Source of the DNA: Azolla caroliniana
Taxonomy: Eukaryota > Plantae > Polypodiophyta
Assembly (NCBI GenBank): GCA_043228905.1
Contig: JBHGNT010000008.1
Coordinates: 19,592,001-19,656,000, forward strand
Direction: 5' to 3'
Length of the DNA stretch: 64,000 nucleotides
Shown: piece after piece, positions 24,501 through 37,574 of the stretch
Layout of the letters: each line of letters starts with the position of its first letter
How positions within the stretch are numbered: the stretch's first letter is position 1
Notes under the pieces: model-generated
Databases searched by the model: none
Told to the model about the DNA's origin: nothing
Seen by the model: only the letters and a program-made list of their open reading frames with translations
Made by a program: the position numbers and the translations under genes

Positions 24501-26277
24501 ATACGTACAAATTGGTGGAGTTGCCGAAAGGAAAGCGGGCACTCCGAAATAAGTGGGTGTACAAGTTGAAACCGGGAGATGCCGGCAACCCCGCGAGATA
24601 CAAAGCCAGGATCGTGGTGAAGGGGTTCCAGCAGAAGAAGGGCGTGGACTTCGACGAGATATTTGCCCCGGTAGTAAAGATGACCTCCATCCGGACGGTG
24701 CTGAGTATAGCGGCAAGCATGGACCTCGAGGTAGAGAAGCTGGACGTGAAGACAACATTCCTTCACAGTGACCTCGAAAATGCAACAACCGGAAGGATTC
24801 GTGGAGAAAGGGAAGGAGCACCTGGTTTGCCGGTTGAAGAAGAGTCTGTACGGACTGAACCAGGCTCCCCGACAATGGTACCGGAAGTTCACTCCTTCAT
24901 GGCTGATCAAGGGTAGCACAAGACGTAGGCCGATCACTGCGTGTTTGTGAAGAAGTTCAAAGGAGGCGACTTCCTGATACTCCTTCTGTACGTGGACGAC
25001 ATGTTGATCGTCGGACGGAACCAACCCAGAATTTGGATTCTGAAGAAGGCTCTCAACCGAACTTTCGCGATGAAAGACTTGGGTCCGGCAAGACAGATGT
25101 TGGGGATGCATATCATCTAGAACCGGTCAACGAAGCAACTGTGGCTGTCACAGGAGAAATATGTGACAAAGGTGCTTCAACGGTTCAACTTGTTAGAAGC
25201 AAAACCGGTCGGATCGACACTCCTAGCAAACTGCAGATTATCTGGTAAGGAAAGCCCGAAGACGAAAGAAGAGAAGGTTGATATGATGAAGGTTCCATAT
25301 GCCTCTGCCGTCCGGAGCTTAATGTACGCAATGGTGTGTACCCGATCGGATATAGGATACACAGTTAGAGTGGTGAGCCGGTTTATGAGCAATCCAGGCA
25401 AGGAGCACTGGAACGCGGTCAAATGGATATTCCGGTACTTGAAGGGCACTTCAAATATGTGTCTCCGATTTGGCTCCGGAAAACCTCAACTTGACGGTTT
25501 TACCGATTCGGACATGTCGGCTGATGTGGATACCAGCCGGTCTACATTCGGGTATGTAATGACATATGCTGGGGGAGCTGTTTCGTGGTAGTCGAGGTTG
25601 CAGAAGACGGTTGCGTTGTCAACCATGGAGGCAGAGTACTTGGCGGCTGTGGAAGCCGGCAAGGAAATATTATGGATGAAGGACTTCATCGGAGAGCTCG
25701 GTATCCGGAAAGATGAATACCTGCTCTATTGCAACAGTCAAAGTGCCATCCACCTTGTTAAGAATGCGGCCTACCATTCCAGGACGAAGCATATCCAACG
25801 AAGGTATCACTGGATCCGGGAAAGAGTAGATGACCAGGTGTTCGCGCTGACGAAGATCCACACGGCCGAGAACGGGTCAGATATGCTTACCAAAGTACTG
25901 ATACTCGACAAGCTGGATGCATGCCAGAAGTGGACCGGACTAGTAAGACATCCCATGCTCGAGTGAAGGGGGAGTTTGTTAGGAAACAGGTCCCTCCGGA
26001 TGGGAAGTGAGAAAAAAATCTGGATGTGGAGTACCCGGCTACGGAAGACCCGGTGAGAAACGGATGACGAGTACCCGGCAAGAGCTGGATGGTGAAGGCC
26101 CGGTGAGAAGTGCTCACCGGATGAAAGGACATATTCGTAAATATGTTTCCTGAGAGTCCATCGGGGCTATATTTGTAAATAGCCGAAAAGTCATATTAGT
26201 ATAAATATGACTGAGGGCAAACTTAGAGTAAGTTGTTGTTGTCATTCTTGTTGGCGCAAGATTAGAGCGCAACAGTG

Positions 26278-26341
<64 letters not shown>

Positions 26342-26613
26342 CGAAGACTTCGTATCTCTGTTGTAACTGCCGCCTGTGGCGAAGACAATGAACAAGAGGT
26401 CTATGCCTCTGTGTTCATCTATTGTATATTGTTACATAGTGATAGTTAGCAGTCAGTGGACTGCCGTGGTTTTTCCCGTGTTTGGGTTTTCCACGTAAAC
26501 ATCCTGTGTACTCTTCTCTCCATTGTGTCGTGCATTCATTCCTGTTTTCTGTGTTTGATTCTAAGCTTAGTTGTGGCCGAGCGTTGTTCATCGGGAGCGT
26601 GTAGTTCCTGACA
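21210..26613 (+). mobile_element. Full-length degenerate copia D (related to A)
   Basis: LTRs 21210-21852 and 25977-26613, PBS TGGTATCAGAGC 21856-21867, PPT GAAGGGGGAG, TSD GATTA/AATTA (one mismatch). Confidence 0.93.
21883..25966 (+). pseudogene. Element D Gag-Pol with many stops, deletions and a 106-bp duplication (22039-22250)
   Basis: Fragments align by eye with the A polyprotein from EEARR onward. Confidence 0.92.
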
Positions 26614-27279
26614 AATTATGTGTGTGGCCAACCAAAAGAAAATTGACTTTCACTTTTCTAAACACTCCTTGGTTGACCAACATACTTAGATAGCCAAAAA
26701 CAGTTGAATTTTTGTCCTCTCTAGCAATATTGTCCAATTGAATGTAGAGAACAGGGGGGAACGGTTGGCCCCAAAACATCAAAACTCGGTGAATCACTGT
26801 AACTGTGAGGTTAGGGTCATTGTGAACATTGGGTTTTGTAATGAAGACGTGAGGTCTAACTGACCTATTATAAGCCAAGAACCCCACCAAGTGCATTTGA
26901 ACAAGGCACTCATCATTGATGTCTTTGGGGCGCCTCCACATATGAGGTAAGCACATCTTCTTCCGGTCCATGTCATCGATCATTACGCACATGTATTGTT
27001 CGGGCCTCTTCAAACACTTCTCTCTATGATGCATTGCCTTCTTTCGTTCTAATGATTGTGCTTCACGAAGCTCCTGCAGTAACTTCTTACTCATATCCTT
27101 TTCCATTGATGTCTTCGCACCTTTAGCCAAACTTTTAATGTTCACACAAATCGAGCAGTACCCTATGCGTACTTTCTGCGGAATAATAACATTTGAAAAC
27201 CATGTTCTCCACAATCTTGTGAATTGGCTGTATGTGACGTATTTATCACTTGATAATAGCATTTCTGATCGATAGACAT
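26614..27279 (-). pseudogene. Sola/DUF7869-like transposase catalytic core (piece 2 of 4)
   Basis: SQFTRLW, CSIC, VMIDDMD, YIQLDN..REDKN, FRKVKVNFLLVGHTH; pattern recalled from Sola-type DDD transposases. Confidence 0.78.
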
Positions 27280-27508
27280 TGTTCGGAATCGAACTCAATT
27301 TCCCATAGATAGGTTTCACACTAGCTCATGGACATGTTGGGCTAGTTTTGTAAATAGTAGAAAGGGCACTTGCCCTAGCTTAGTTGGTATATAAACCAAC
27401 GCATTGTAACTTAGTAGTTGTTGGATGTCTTATGCTTTGATGTAATTTTGGTTAATATACAATTTGTCCATCTCTGTCGTTAGAGCTCTCCCTCTCACTC
27501 ACTCTCTC

Positions 27509-30500
27509 AAAGGTATACAATGCTTTGTGAGTAAAGATCGTACTATCTCACAACAAAATGCTCGTCGTAAAGCATATGAAGAAAGATTGAAAAATAAGGT
27601 TAAGGATTTGCCTAAAGATGGAAATGTAGGCAAATAGGGACACATGATCTATGAGACTAACCCACGCCTTTTACGACTATGCTTTTGGAATTGCAATGGA
27701 TACCCATGGAATGCGGGATTTGGCATAGAGGAGTTCACCGATGACTCGTATATCATACTTCTTGTTGAAACATGGGAGCATGATACTCAAAGGATTCAAG
27801 GTTTAGGAAACTATAATGTACACTCTTTGATATGGAAGAAAAATCCAAGACAAAGAAGAGGACAAGGAGGGGTGGCATGTTTGATTAAGAAGGAAATAGA
27901 GAAATATGTGTCAATCATAAAAAATGATGAAAATAAATGCTACATATGGCTCAAAATAGAAACACCTAATGATTTGCCCACTTTTGTGGTTGGATGTTAC
28001 ATTCCTCATCAAAATTCTAACTTTTATGCTTGTTTGGATAAAGATCAACCGTTTGCCAATCTAGAAGATGATATTGCTTATTTCAAATCCAAAGGGGAAG
28101 TTATTGTCTTTGGTGACATGAATGCTCGTACAAGAAGTTTCCAACTTGATTCACAAGAATCTTTCATGCCACATATCTCAAGGATGCAAGAGGATATGCA
28201 AATGTATAACCGCTCTTCTAGCGATAAAAAAGATCCGGACCAATTTGGGAAGTTACTCCTACAAATGTGCAATAGTACCGGATTGCTTATTGCAAATGGT
28301 ATTTCCTTATGGCCCAACACTAATGGTTTTACATGTAGAAAACACAATGGAAATAGTGTGATTGACTATGTGCTACTTTCCGAAGGTATTTTGGATCATA
28401 TACATAAATTCTCACTTGGTGAATGGGCACCGGAATCCGATTATAGGCCTTTATGTATTGATCTCAAATGTATGCATAGGTTTGATTGTGAGAAGGCTAT
28501 TGAGGATAATAAACAACCGCACTTGAACATGAACCTTAAGCGAGCACCCATGTATTCCAAGATGGTTGAGGATATGTTACAAATGACAAAGATACAACAT
28601 GGTGCCACACTAGAATGCAAATGGGAAGCTTTCAAGAAAGTCATTCTCTCATGTACAAACAAATGTTTTTCGACCAACCGCACATCTTGGAAATGCACCA
28701 AGAAACATAGGAAAAAATGGTTTGATAAAGAATGTCGTGAAGCTCGAAAGTGCCTTATGGTTTTGGATGTAGTTAAGGATAAAGAGAATTACCAAAAGCA
28801 TTTGCATGAGTATAAAAGGCTTATTCAAAGAAAGAGAAGAATATGGGAAGTTACTCAACAATTTATCCAAACACAAGAGAAAGCACATGCATGCGCTAAA
28901 TTTTGGGGAAATCTAAAGGGGAAACGTGTTGAGAGTTATGGTGACTTAACTCTTCACGAGTTGTCTATGCATTGTAAGAATTTATATGAGTTATCTCTTG
29001 CCGGAAAGATGACATGTTATGGTTCTCTTTCACAGATGCCTCCCTTCTTTACAATTGAAGATATATGCATAGGACTTAAGAAATTGGCCTCTCGAAAGGC
29101 AAACAATCTTCAATGTATAAAGGCTGAAATGCTCAAATGGACGGGAAAGGAAGCACATATATGGATAAGCGATATGTTTAATGATGCATTGCAACATGGT
29201 ATGCCGTACGATTGGACTACAAATTGGATCAAACCTTTACATAAAGGTGGAGATATAAATAATGTAAACAACTATCGAACCATCATGGTTGGTTCATTAA
29301 TGGCAAAACTATTTGGATGTATAATAGAATCAAATATAAGTTTATGGGCTTAAAAAAGTGGTAAGAGAGCTTATGGACAAGCTGGCTTTCAGAAACACCA
29401 TAGCACCATTGATCACCTTATCACCCTTCGAGTATTAATGGAGGAAAGTCGTCTTAGAGGTAAAGGTTTATATTGTTTCTTTGTTGACTTCAAGAAAGCT
29501 TTTGATATGGTACCTCGTGAGCATCTTTGGAGGCGAATGGAAGAACTTGAGGTGCCAAGTGAATATATGCTTGCAATTTCCCGAATTTATGAGAAGGTTA
29601 TATGTTGTGTGCACATGAGAGATAAACTTTCAGATTTTTTCAAAAGCACTATTGGTGTTAAGCAAGGATGCCCACTCTCACCAACACTATTTAGTCTATG
29701 CATTAATGAATTGGAAGAAATGGTTACCAAGTTTGCAAAGGAAGAATGTGTTGAAGAAGTTGCCATTGGGAATGTTGTGATTATGCTTTTGCTATATGCA
29801 GATGATGTAGTGCTTTTTGCAAATACTTTAGGAGATGCACAAAAGCTTGTGAAGGCATTGGAATTTTTTTCCATGCATACTAAATTAAGTGTCAATAGCT
29901 CTAAAACAAAGATTATGCTTGTGAAGAGCCAAAAAAGAGATAAACCATGCATTATGTACAACAATGAGCCACTTGAATGTGTGGAAAGCTTCAAATATCT
30001 TGGCCTTGAAGTTCCTTCAAATCATAGATGGAATGAATGTGCTACACGCCGCTTAGAGGCGGGTAAGCGAGCATACTATGCATTTGAGAACACATGCAAT
30101 CTTGGAGATATTAAGTGTTGGGTCCTCAAGAGATATCTTTTCGACACTTTGTTGACACCGATTCTTCTCTATGGGGTGGAAGTATGGGGTGGTAGCATCC
30201 CTAAATCTATGTGGAAAGAGTTTGAAAATGCCCAAAAGCATTTTCTTACCAAGTTTCTACAAGTTAAGAAACAAACGCCCTACACCCTCCTCCTTGAGAC
30301 GAGATTGCTTCCCATTGAGATCATGACCATGGAAAGGGTTGTTGAATACATGCTTAAGGTTCAAAAAAGTCCCTCACATCGACTTCCTAGAATTGCGTGG
30401 GAAGCAAGCAAAAAGATCCAAAATATGCATAATAGCAAAATTTTGTGTTCCGGTTGGATGCAAGATATAGAAAAATGGTTTGGTAGATGGGATACGAGAC

Positions 30501-31070
30501 ACTTGCTTCATGATGCATCATTAGATTCCTCTGTAAATGAGGCATTTTTGCAATGCCAATGTATCATGACATGGGACAAATGTGGAGGCTCACGCTTCAC
30601 ACATTATACTACACATGTTGCACCTAACTACAAAACCATATTCTTTGCGGAACGGGGAAATCGTACACATCCATACATGTTAGAGCCCATACCATTATCT
30701 ACCATTCGAACCATTGCTTCCATGCGACTTAGCTCACATGCATTGTGATGTGAAACAGGGCGTTGGGGCACAAGTGATGAGAGTGGTCGGCTATGCTCAC
30801 TTTGCCCTAAACAAGTTCACGAGTCTGAGTATCACACTTTGATACAATGCTCTGCCTTTGATCATATTCGACCATGCTTTCCATATCTCTTCGATCGAGC
30901 CCAATCTTTGCATGAATTCCTCTCACAACCACAATGTGCACTCTCGATTGCAACATTCATTGGTAAAGTTCTTGAACATCAAGAGTCACTACTCACTTTC
31001 ACGCGTATCACGTGAAATGTAATATTTTTGGTCTCATAGGTCATATTTGACCTCCGAAGACGATAATATA

Positions 31071-31102
<32 letters not shown>
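27509..31102 (+). mobile_element. 5'-truncated non-LTR retrotransposon (LINE, possibly RTEX-like) with (ATCT)n tail
   Basis: Possible ORF1 tail 27509-27637, APE-RT ORF2, ~8 x ATCT at 31071-31102; interrupts the CT tract of G's 5' LTR. Confidence 0.88.
27644..31015 (+). pseudogene. LINE ORF2: AP endonuclease, reverse transcriptase, C-terminal Cys/His finger; two in-frame stops
   Basis: FWNCNG, LVETW, GDMNAR, SVIDY; VDFKKAFD, GVKQGCPLSPTLF, LLYADD, FKYLG; RLSSHAL*CETGRW..CSLC..EYHTLIQC, all in one frame. Confidence 0.92.
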
Positions 31103-31297
31103 CTTTCTGTCTCTCTCTCTATCTTGAGACACACACACACACACACACTCATCTTCCGCTGCATTAGAACCACTCTTGCCTCCTCATTGCTTTACATGGT
31201 ATGAGGGCGTGTGGTTGCCTGATCAAGTCTATTCGACTGTGTTGTGCTGCACGCCGACGATCAACAGAACCAGACCATTGACAGAGAAGAAATCACC

Positions 31298-34200
31298 ATG
31301 AATGCTCAAATGGGAAGCACTCTTCCTATTGAGAAGCTTGACAGAACGAACTTTGCATCTTGGGAATACAAGATGCATCAATACCTTGTTGGACAAGGCT
31401 ACTAGAGCTATATCAAAGGAGCTCACGAATCACACCCCAACCCAACACACGCTGACTATCCTGCTTGGGAGTAGGCCGCAAGCCGCGTGTTGTATTGCCT
31501 TGCATCATGCGTTCATGATCATATGCTTGGCTACATTCGAGAGGCAAAAACGCCAAAGCAAGTGTGGGAAAACCTCAAGAAGATCTTCGCAGCCAATACG
31601 GCAGCACGAAAGCTCCAACTTCGACAGGAGCTGAACAATCTCCAACAAAGGGACATGTCAATTGGCAACTACACCTTAAAGATTAAGGAGTTTTGTGATG
31701 CCCTTTGATCGATCAATGTTAGCATTGACGAAGAAGAAATGGTGCAGATATGCCTCGGTGGCTTAGTACCGTAATTTGACACAATAAGATCGGCCGTTCT
31801 CGCGAGAGAGAATCCTTCCTCCTTTTTTGATCTCCAATCATTATTGTTGGTCGAAGAGAATCAAGTGCGTCAAAGGAACAACGCACACAAAGGACAAATG
31901 CTATATTCGAACTTCGATGGAGGAAGAGGACACGGTCGCGACAGGAGAGGCCAATACAAACAAGGTCGACACAATTAACATCGTAACTCCCTCCAATGGC
32001 AAGCAGATAGAAACGGCCCCAAAGAGTTCGGCAGAAGGGGGAGTCATCATGCTGGACCAAGCAACTGTAGGAACCCAGTTGAGTGCAGGTACTGTGGAAA
32101 ACCTGACCACTACGAAGAGGAGCGTTGGAAGAAGAAACGTGAGCAAGGCCGAAAACTAACAAATTACGCCACGAACTCCAACTACGATGACCGCGGCGGA
32201 ATGTTCATAATGAAGCACGAAGCGCACTCAATGTCCACACTTGTGTCAACTACCGCTTCCACTCCGAACAACGTATGGTTTGTCGATTTGGGAGCATCCA
32301 ATCACATGATGTCCCATGAAGATTGGTTTAGGGAACTTCGGAAGCCCGAACGTCCTGGATATGTCGAAACAGGAGATGACACGGCTCACCCCATACAACA
32401 TATCGGGAATGTCCCATTTGGAAACAATGGCAAACAGACCTACCTCAAGAAAGTGCTGCACGTCCCCACCATTACGAAAAACTTGGTCTCAGTCGGTCAG
32501 ATTGTCGAACAAGGAATGCAAGTACGTTTCAATAATGACGGATGCTTCATCGAAAAAGGCAATCAAGTCATAGCTCACGGTCGATGAGAAGGTTGGATGT
32601 TCATCCTCGAATCGAGCGAGGTAAAGTCGGCCATGTACACAAAGGGCCAGAAAGTCGAAACCGACTTAAAACTATGGCACAAGAGAATCGGCCACATTAA
32701 TCTCTAGAAACTACAAAACATGCAATCGAAAGGAGTTGTAATCGGACTCCCGAACTTTACGACAAAGGAGATTACAGGCGTATGCGAAGCATGTCAGTTT
32801 GGAAAGCAACGCCGTCACCCATTCCCTAACGAGCGGAATGTGAGCAAAGGGATCCTGGATGTGGTACATTCAAATGTGTGGGGACCAGCCCAGACAACAA
32901 CATTCGGCGGAAGCCGATACTATGTCACGTTCATCGACGACTTCTCCAGGAACACCTGGATCTATCCGATGAAGCAGAAGAGTGAAGTGTTCAGGCACTT
33001 CCAGACATTCAAAGCCGAAGTCGAAAAAACCACGGGTCGACATATACGTTGTCTTCGATTAGATGGAGGCAAAGAATATTTTTCGGATGAATTTTCGGCA
33101 TATCTCCGAAAAGAAGGAATCCGACGAGAGTTCTCGTGTCGACACACGCCTCAGCAAAATGGCGTAGCAGAGCGTAAAAATCGCCATGTAGTAGAAGTCG
33201 CATGAGCCATGATGAACGAGAAGAACCTACCGAAATCATATCGGGAAGAAGTAGAAAATACGGTCGTATATCTCATGAACAGGTGCACAACCTCGGGAGT
33301 ACACAATATAACTCCGCATGAGAAGTTCTTTGGAAAGAAGCTGAACTTGTCACATGTCTGCATTTTCGGTTCTATCGTCTACGTACATATTCCCGACAAA
33401 TAGATAGAAAAAGCTTGATCCAAAGTCAGAGAAATGTATCCTCGTAGGATACTCACTCGAATAGAAGGGGTACAAATGCTACAACCCATTTACCCATAAG
33501 GTTCAAACAAGTCGAGACGTAGTCTTCGACGAATACGCATCCTGGTATGCACCAAAGAACACTTCGATTCCAACCTCGCTTAATGCGGATGACACTAGAA
33601 TAGAAATAGAAGTTGAGGATCGACTCACACAGATGTTAGAAGACAACCCAATTACGACACGGCTGAGTGGGCCATCAGAACCGCCGAGCGATGAAAGCAC
33701 ATCTCGACCGAGTCCGAAGCTGGACAAAGGGAAGGGGAAAATGTGGGAATATGAAGATCAGGAAGAGGCCGAGATGCTTCACTATCTTGACAGTGAATTT
33801 GAAGATCTCGACATCCGCATAAATGGAGCGAAGAAAGCCATACTCCCCATGGATCGAGAGCTATGTCGGTCCACCCATGAAAAGAACCCCGTAAACCGCT
33901 ACGGCTACGATGAGTACATGGCGTATCACTACGCTTTTATGATGAAAGTAGTATAAGTACGGGAACCGGAAACATTTTCCGAAGCCGCAAAGGATCTGCG
34001 ATGGGTCAACGGGATGAATGAGGAGATGGAAGCTTTATGCAAAAACGAGACATGGGATCTCATTCCTCTCCCCCCGAACAAGAAAGCGATAGGTTACAGA
34101 TGGATATACAAAGTAGAATACAATGCTGACGGATCCGTAAATCGCTTCAAAGCACGGCTCATTGCGAAAGGATACGCGCAAACGCACGGCATAGACTACG

Positions 34201-34871
34201 AAGAAACCTGTGCCCCAGTGGCAAAGATGACAACTGTACAGACAATAATTGCACTTGCCGCAGCGAAGGGATGGCACCTCCACTAGATGGACGTGAAAAA
34301 TGCTTTCCTCCAAGGAGAGTTAGAAGAAGAGGTGTACATGATACAACCACCCGAATTTGAATCGCGTAAGCATCTGCACGTCGTATGCTGACTCAAGAAG
34401 CCACTCTACGGCCGCAAACAAGCACCGCGTGCTTGGTACTTGACGATCACGGAGTATCTTTACCAAGTCAGATTTCGGATGTCAAAATCTGACACCTCTC
34501 TTTACATCCGAAACAAGTCGAATAGCCTGATCATCATCATCTCGTACATGGATGATTTGGTAATCGGAGGAAAGGATCTCGCCGAGATCAAGAAAGTCAA
34601 ATCACTTCTTTCTGGCAGATTCGAAAGGAAAAACTTACACGAGCTCCATTACTTCCTAGGTATTGAAGTAATTCGGACACCAGTCAGAATAATGATCTCT
34701 CAATGACACTACATTCTCAACTTACTCTACAAGTTCGGAATGACCAAGTGCAAGACTGTGTCTACCCCACTTGATCGTTATCTCAAGATCGATGCCAATT
34801 TCGGAACCGCTGAGAGCGAGCCGACCTCAGTTATTCGGTCAGCCGACTTAGCCAATTTATGCAGGATCCGC
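31298..34871 (+). pseudogene. Element G Gag-PR-INT-RT (degenerate)
   Basis: LPIEKLDRTNFASW, WFVDLGASNHM, QQNGVAERKN, FKARLIAKGY. Confidence 0.88.
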
Positions 34872-35193
34872 TATCGTGGAGAAAACCGTCCCTAGGCGGC
34901 ACTCCGGTGGTCGGCCCGAGTGCCGGCATGAGTCCTATAGGAAAGATCAGTGGCAGCAAGTGAACGAGATCGGACGACGGAGGGCGAAGGCGAAAGATTG
35001 AGGAAGGGCGGTCTGTGGAGATCCTCACACTGATCCGGCGGTTGGCCGAGTGCCAGCGTGAGTCCTATAGGAGAGATAGGTGGCGGTAGGTGAATGTGAC
35101 CAGCAGACATGGCCGACACAGAAGTCAGGGAAAACAGGGAGCGGTGTTGCCGCGACCTTACACACATGGTTCTAGACACTCCGATAGTCAACC

Positions 35194-35434
35194 CGAGAGC
35201 CGGCGTGAGACCTCGAGAGAAGAACGGTGGTGGCGTCAAGGCGGGCAACCGAGATGGCAAAGGGGGAAGTCCCACGGAGATCCTCACACTGATCTGGCGG
35301 TCGGCCTGAGAGCCGGCGTGAGATCTCGAGAGAAGAACAGTGGCGGCAGCAAGGCGGGCAACTGAGATGGCAAAGGGGGAAGTCCCACGGAGATCCTCAC
35401 ACTGATCCGGCGGTCAGCCTGAGAGCCGGCGTGA
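35194..35434. repeat. ~113-bp tandem repeat, two copies plus diverged relatives nearby
   Basis: GGAGATCCTCACACTGAT at 35276 and 35389, also ~35017. Confidence 0.75.
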
Positions 35435-37177
35435 GTCCTATAGGAAAGATTGGTGGCGGCAGGTGAACGTGATCGGACGACGTAAAGCGGAGCGAAAGGA
35501 GGTATGAGGCTGGCGAGGTGGCCCCAAACCGGATACGGGCCCGACCGGCAGGGTCGGCAGGACAAAGATCAGACGCGCTTGGTACACGAGTCAGTGACCC
35601 AACAAAACGGAGGCTGAGAAGGATCCTTCACACCTGCCTGGAGACCCCGGCTGTTCGCCCGACGTGGCAACATGAGACCGATGGTAATGGAAGGTGGCGG
35701 CAAGAGGACAAAGGTGGCAACGACAGAGGCACCGACCGGCCGAGGTGTTACAAGAACGAAGGAGGCCATGCGGGCCAGGACACGGCAACGGTGATCTTCC
35801 GGTAAGCTGTAAGGGGACACCTAGTAAAGGAGCGGTGTGTCGAGCCGGAAAGGGCACACCCGAAAGCAGAACGGAAGGCGTGCGTGTGGCCACTGAGGGC
35901 CAAAGCAAAGCAAGGGTATGGGACGGTGCTCGGCACAGATGGTGCCAAGCAAGGAAGGCAGAAGACGACACACAGCGGTGTTGGGAACGAGAACATGGGC
36001 GCGCATAAACAGACTATGCAGAATGGAGACCAGAAACAAGGTAGATGGCCGGAGAGGGATCCTCCACACCGAGTCCCGGAGACCTTGGCAGTTCGAGCCA
36101 ACGTGGCAACGTAAGACCAAGGAGAAGGAAGATGGTGGCGAGGGGACGAAGGCAAGCGGAAGGCTCCAAACCGGTGGCAGCAACGCAAGACGAAAGTGGC
36201 CAAGCGGGCTACTACGAGGTGTTCCTCGGGCGGAGGAAACCGCATATCTGAAGGAACGAGAAGTGTGCATGCGGTTGAAAGAAGGGCCAATAGTGGGGCA
36301 CGCATGCTACGGGGTCGTGGCGAACGGCCTATTGATGGGTTGAATGAACCTACGGAGAGGCAAGCGGCACGAGGATGAACTGGACCCGGGAAACTTGGAT
36401 AGCGAGGATGACCGGTTCAGAGCGAATTGCGATCCGGAGGACGAAGGGTAAGCACGGGCCGGTCTTCTCCGGCAAGACTCTATTTTGGCCCATATCGGTG
36501 GATGCGCGGTTAGGTGGGGGCGGATATGGTGGAGAAAACCGTCCCTAGGAAGAATCGGAGAATATCAGGAGAATCGGCGGACTGCATCATGTGTACTCAC
36601 CCTTGTATAAACGTGTGAATAATAGGGGGTGCCTTTATGGCGCCGAGTGGGAGTCAGGTCGGGACAAAGAATCCCATGTAAATCGGGATTTATCCCACGT
36701 TGTGATGCATCCCTCTCCTTGTTCTATAAAAGGAAGGGAGTGCCCTTGATGATGGGGTTGGCCATTTTGCGTTAGAGGGTATACCGTCAGGTTTAGGGGT
36801 TAGGTAGTTTCTCTTGTTCTTACTTCATTCTAGGGTTTCGTCTTGGTAGTTTCTTCTTCTTCTTCTTCTTCTTCTTCCTCGTTGTGTGGGTTGAGAGTTC
36901 GTGTCTGCTTAGGGTTTGCTTCTGCTCGGTCTCCTATGCAAGACCCCGCTCTGTGCGACGAGCCCGAGAGCTCCCCAAACAGCGGCTTGGCAGCAGACTA
37001 CTGTTGTAACCTACCCTACCTTGGTCCGGCTCGAAGCTGGGGATGTATTCTTTCTCTTGTAATATACATGCTCGTATCTGTTTGTGCATATTGGTGTATT
37101 CGGTGGTGTCGGAAGCACAACCCCTTTGCTTCCTGTGCATAAGAGTCGGTGTAGCGCGCATGCTCTCTCTCTCTCTC

Positions 37178-37469
37178 TTCGAACCATTCGAACCATTGCT
37201 TCCATGCGAGTCTGAGTATCACACTTTGATACAATGCTCTGCCTTTGATCATATTCGACCATGCTTTACACATCTCTTCGATCGAGCCCAATCTTTGCAT
37301 GAATTCCTCTCACAACCACAATGTGCACTCTCGATTGCAACATTCATTGGTAAAGTTCTTGAACATCGAGAGTCACTACTCACTTTCACACATATCACGT
37401 GAAATGTAATATTTTTGGTCTCATAGGTCATATTTGACCTCCGAAGACGATAATATAATCTATCTATCT
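37178..37469 (+). mobile_element. Short 3' fragment of the same LINE family
   Basis: Near-identical to ~30705-31085 with a ~95-bp internal deletion; ATCT tail; (CT)n on both sides. Confidence 0.9.
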
Positions 37470-37574
37470 CCCTCTCTCTCTCTCTCGTGTTTGGCTGCAT
37501 CCGGGTCGTGTCCGGTGTCAGTTTTCTTGGCATCCCTTTTCTCCCTAGTCCGAGACCCCCGTGGTCCCGCCCAT

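Larger units (their letters stand above)
34872..37573 (+). mobile_element. Deleted LTR-element remnant (gypsy/Tat-like 3' region and LTR ~36525-37573) inside G's RT
   Basis: TAT(C/G)GTGGAGAAAACCGTCCCTAGG at 34872 and 36525, the second preceded by AGGTGGGGGCGGA; TATAAAAGG at ~36725; right end and TSD unresolved. Confidence 0.55.

Noticed and set aside
35109-36378. GC-rich overlapping ORFs as a captured gene or env-like ORF
   Set aside because: No domain, transmembrane segment or consistent frame recognisable by eye; left unassigned.
36788-36920. Telomere-like TAGGGTTT motifs (also AAACCCTA in several LTRs)
   Set aside because: Isolated telo-box-type motifs common in plant promoters and LTRs, not a tandem telomeric array.
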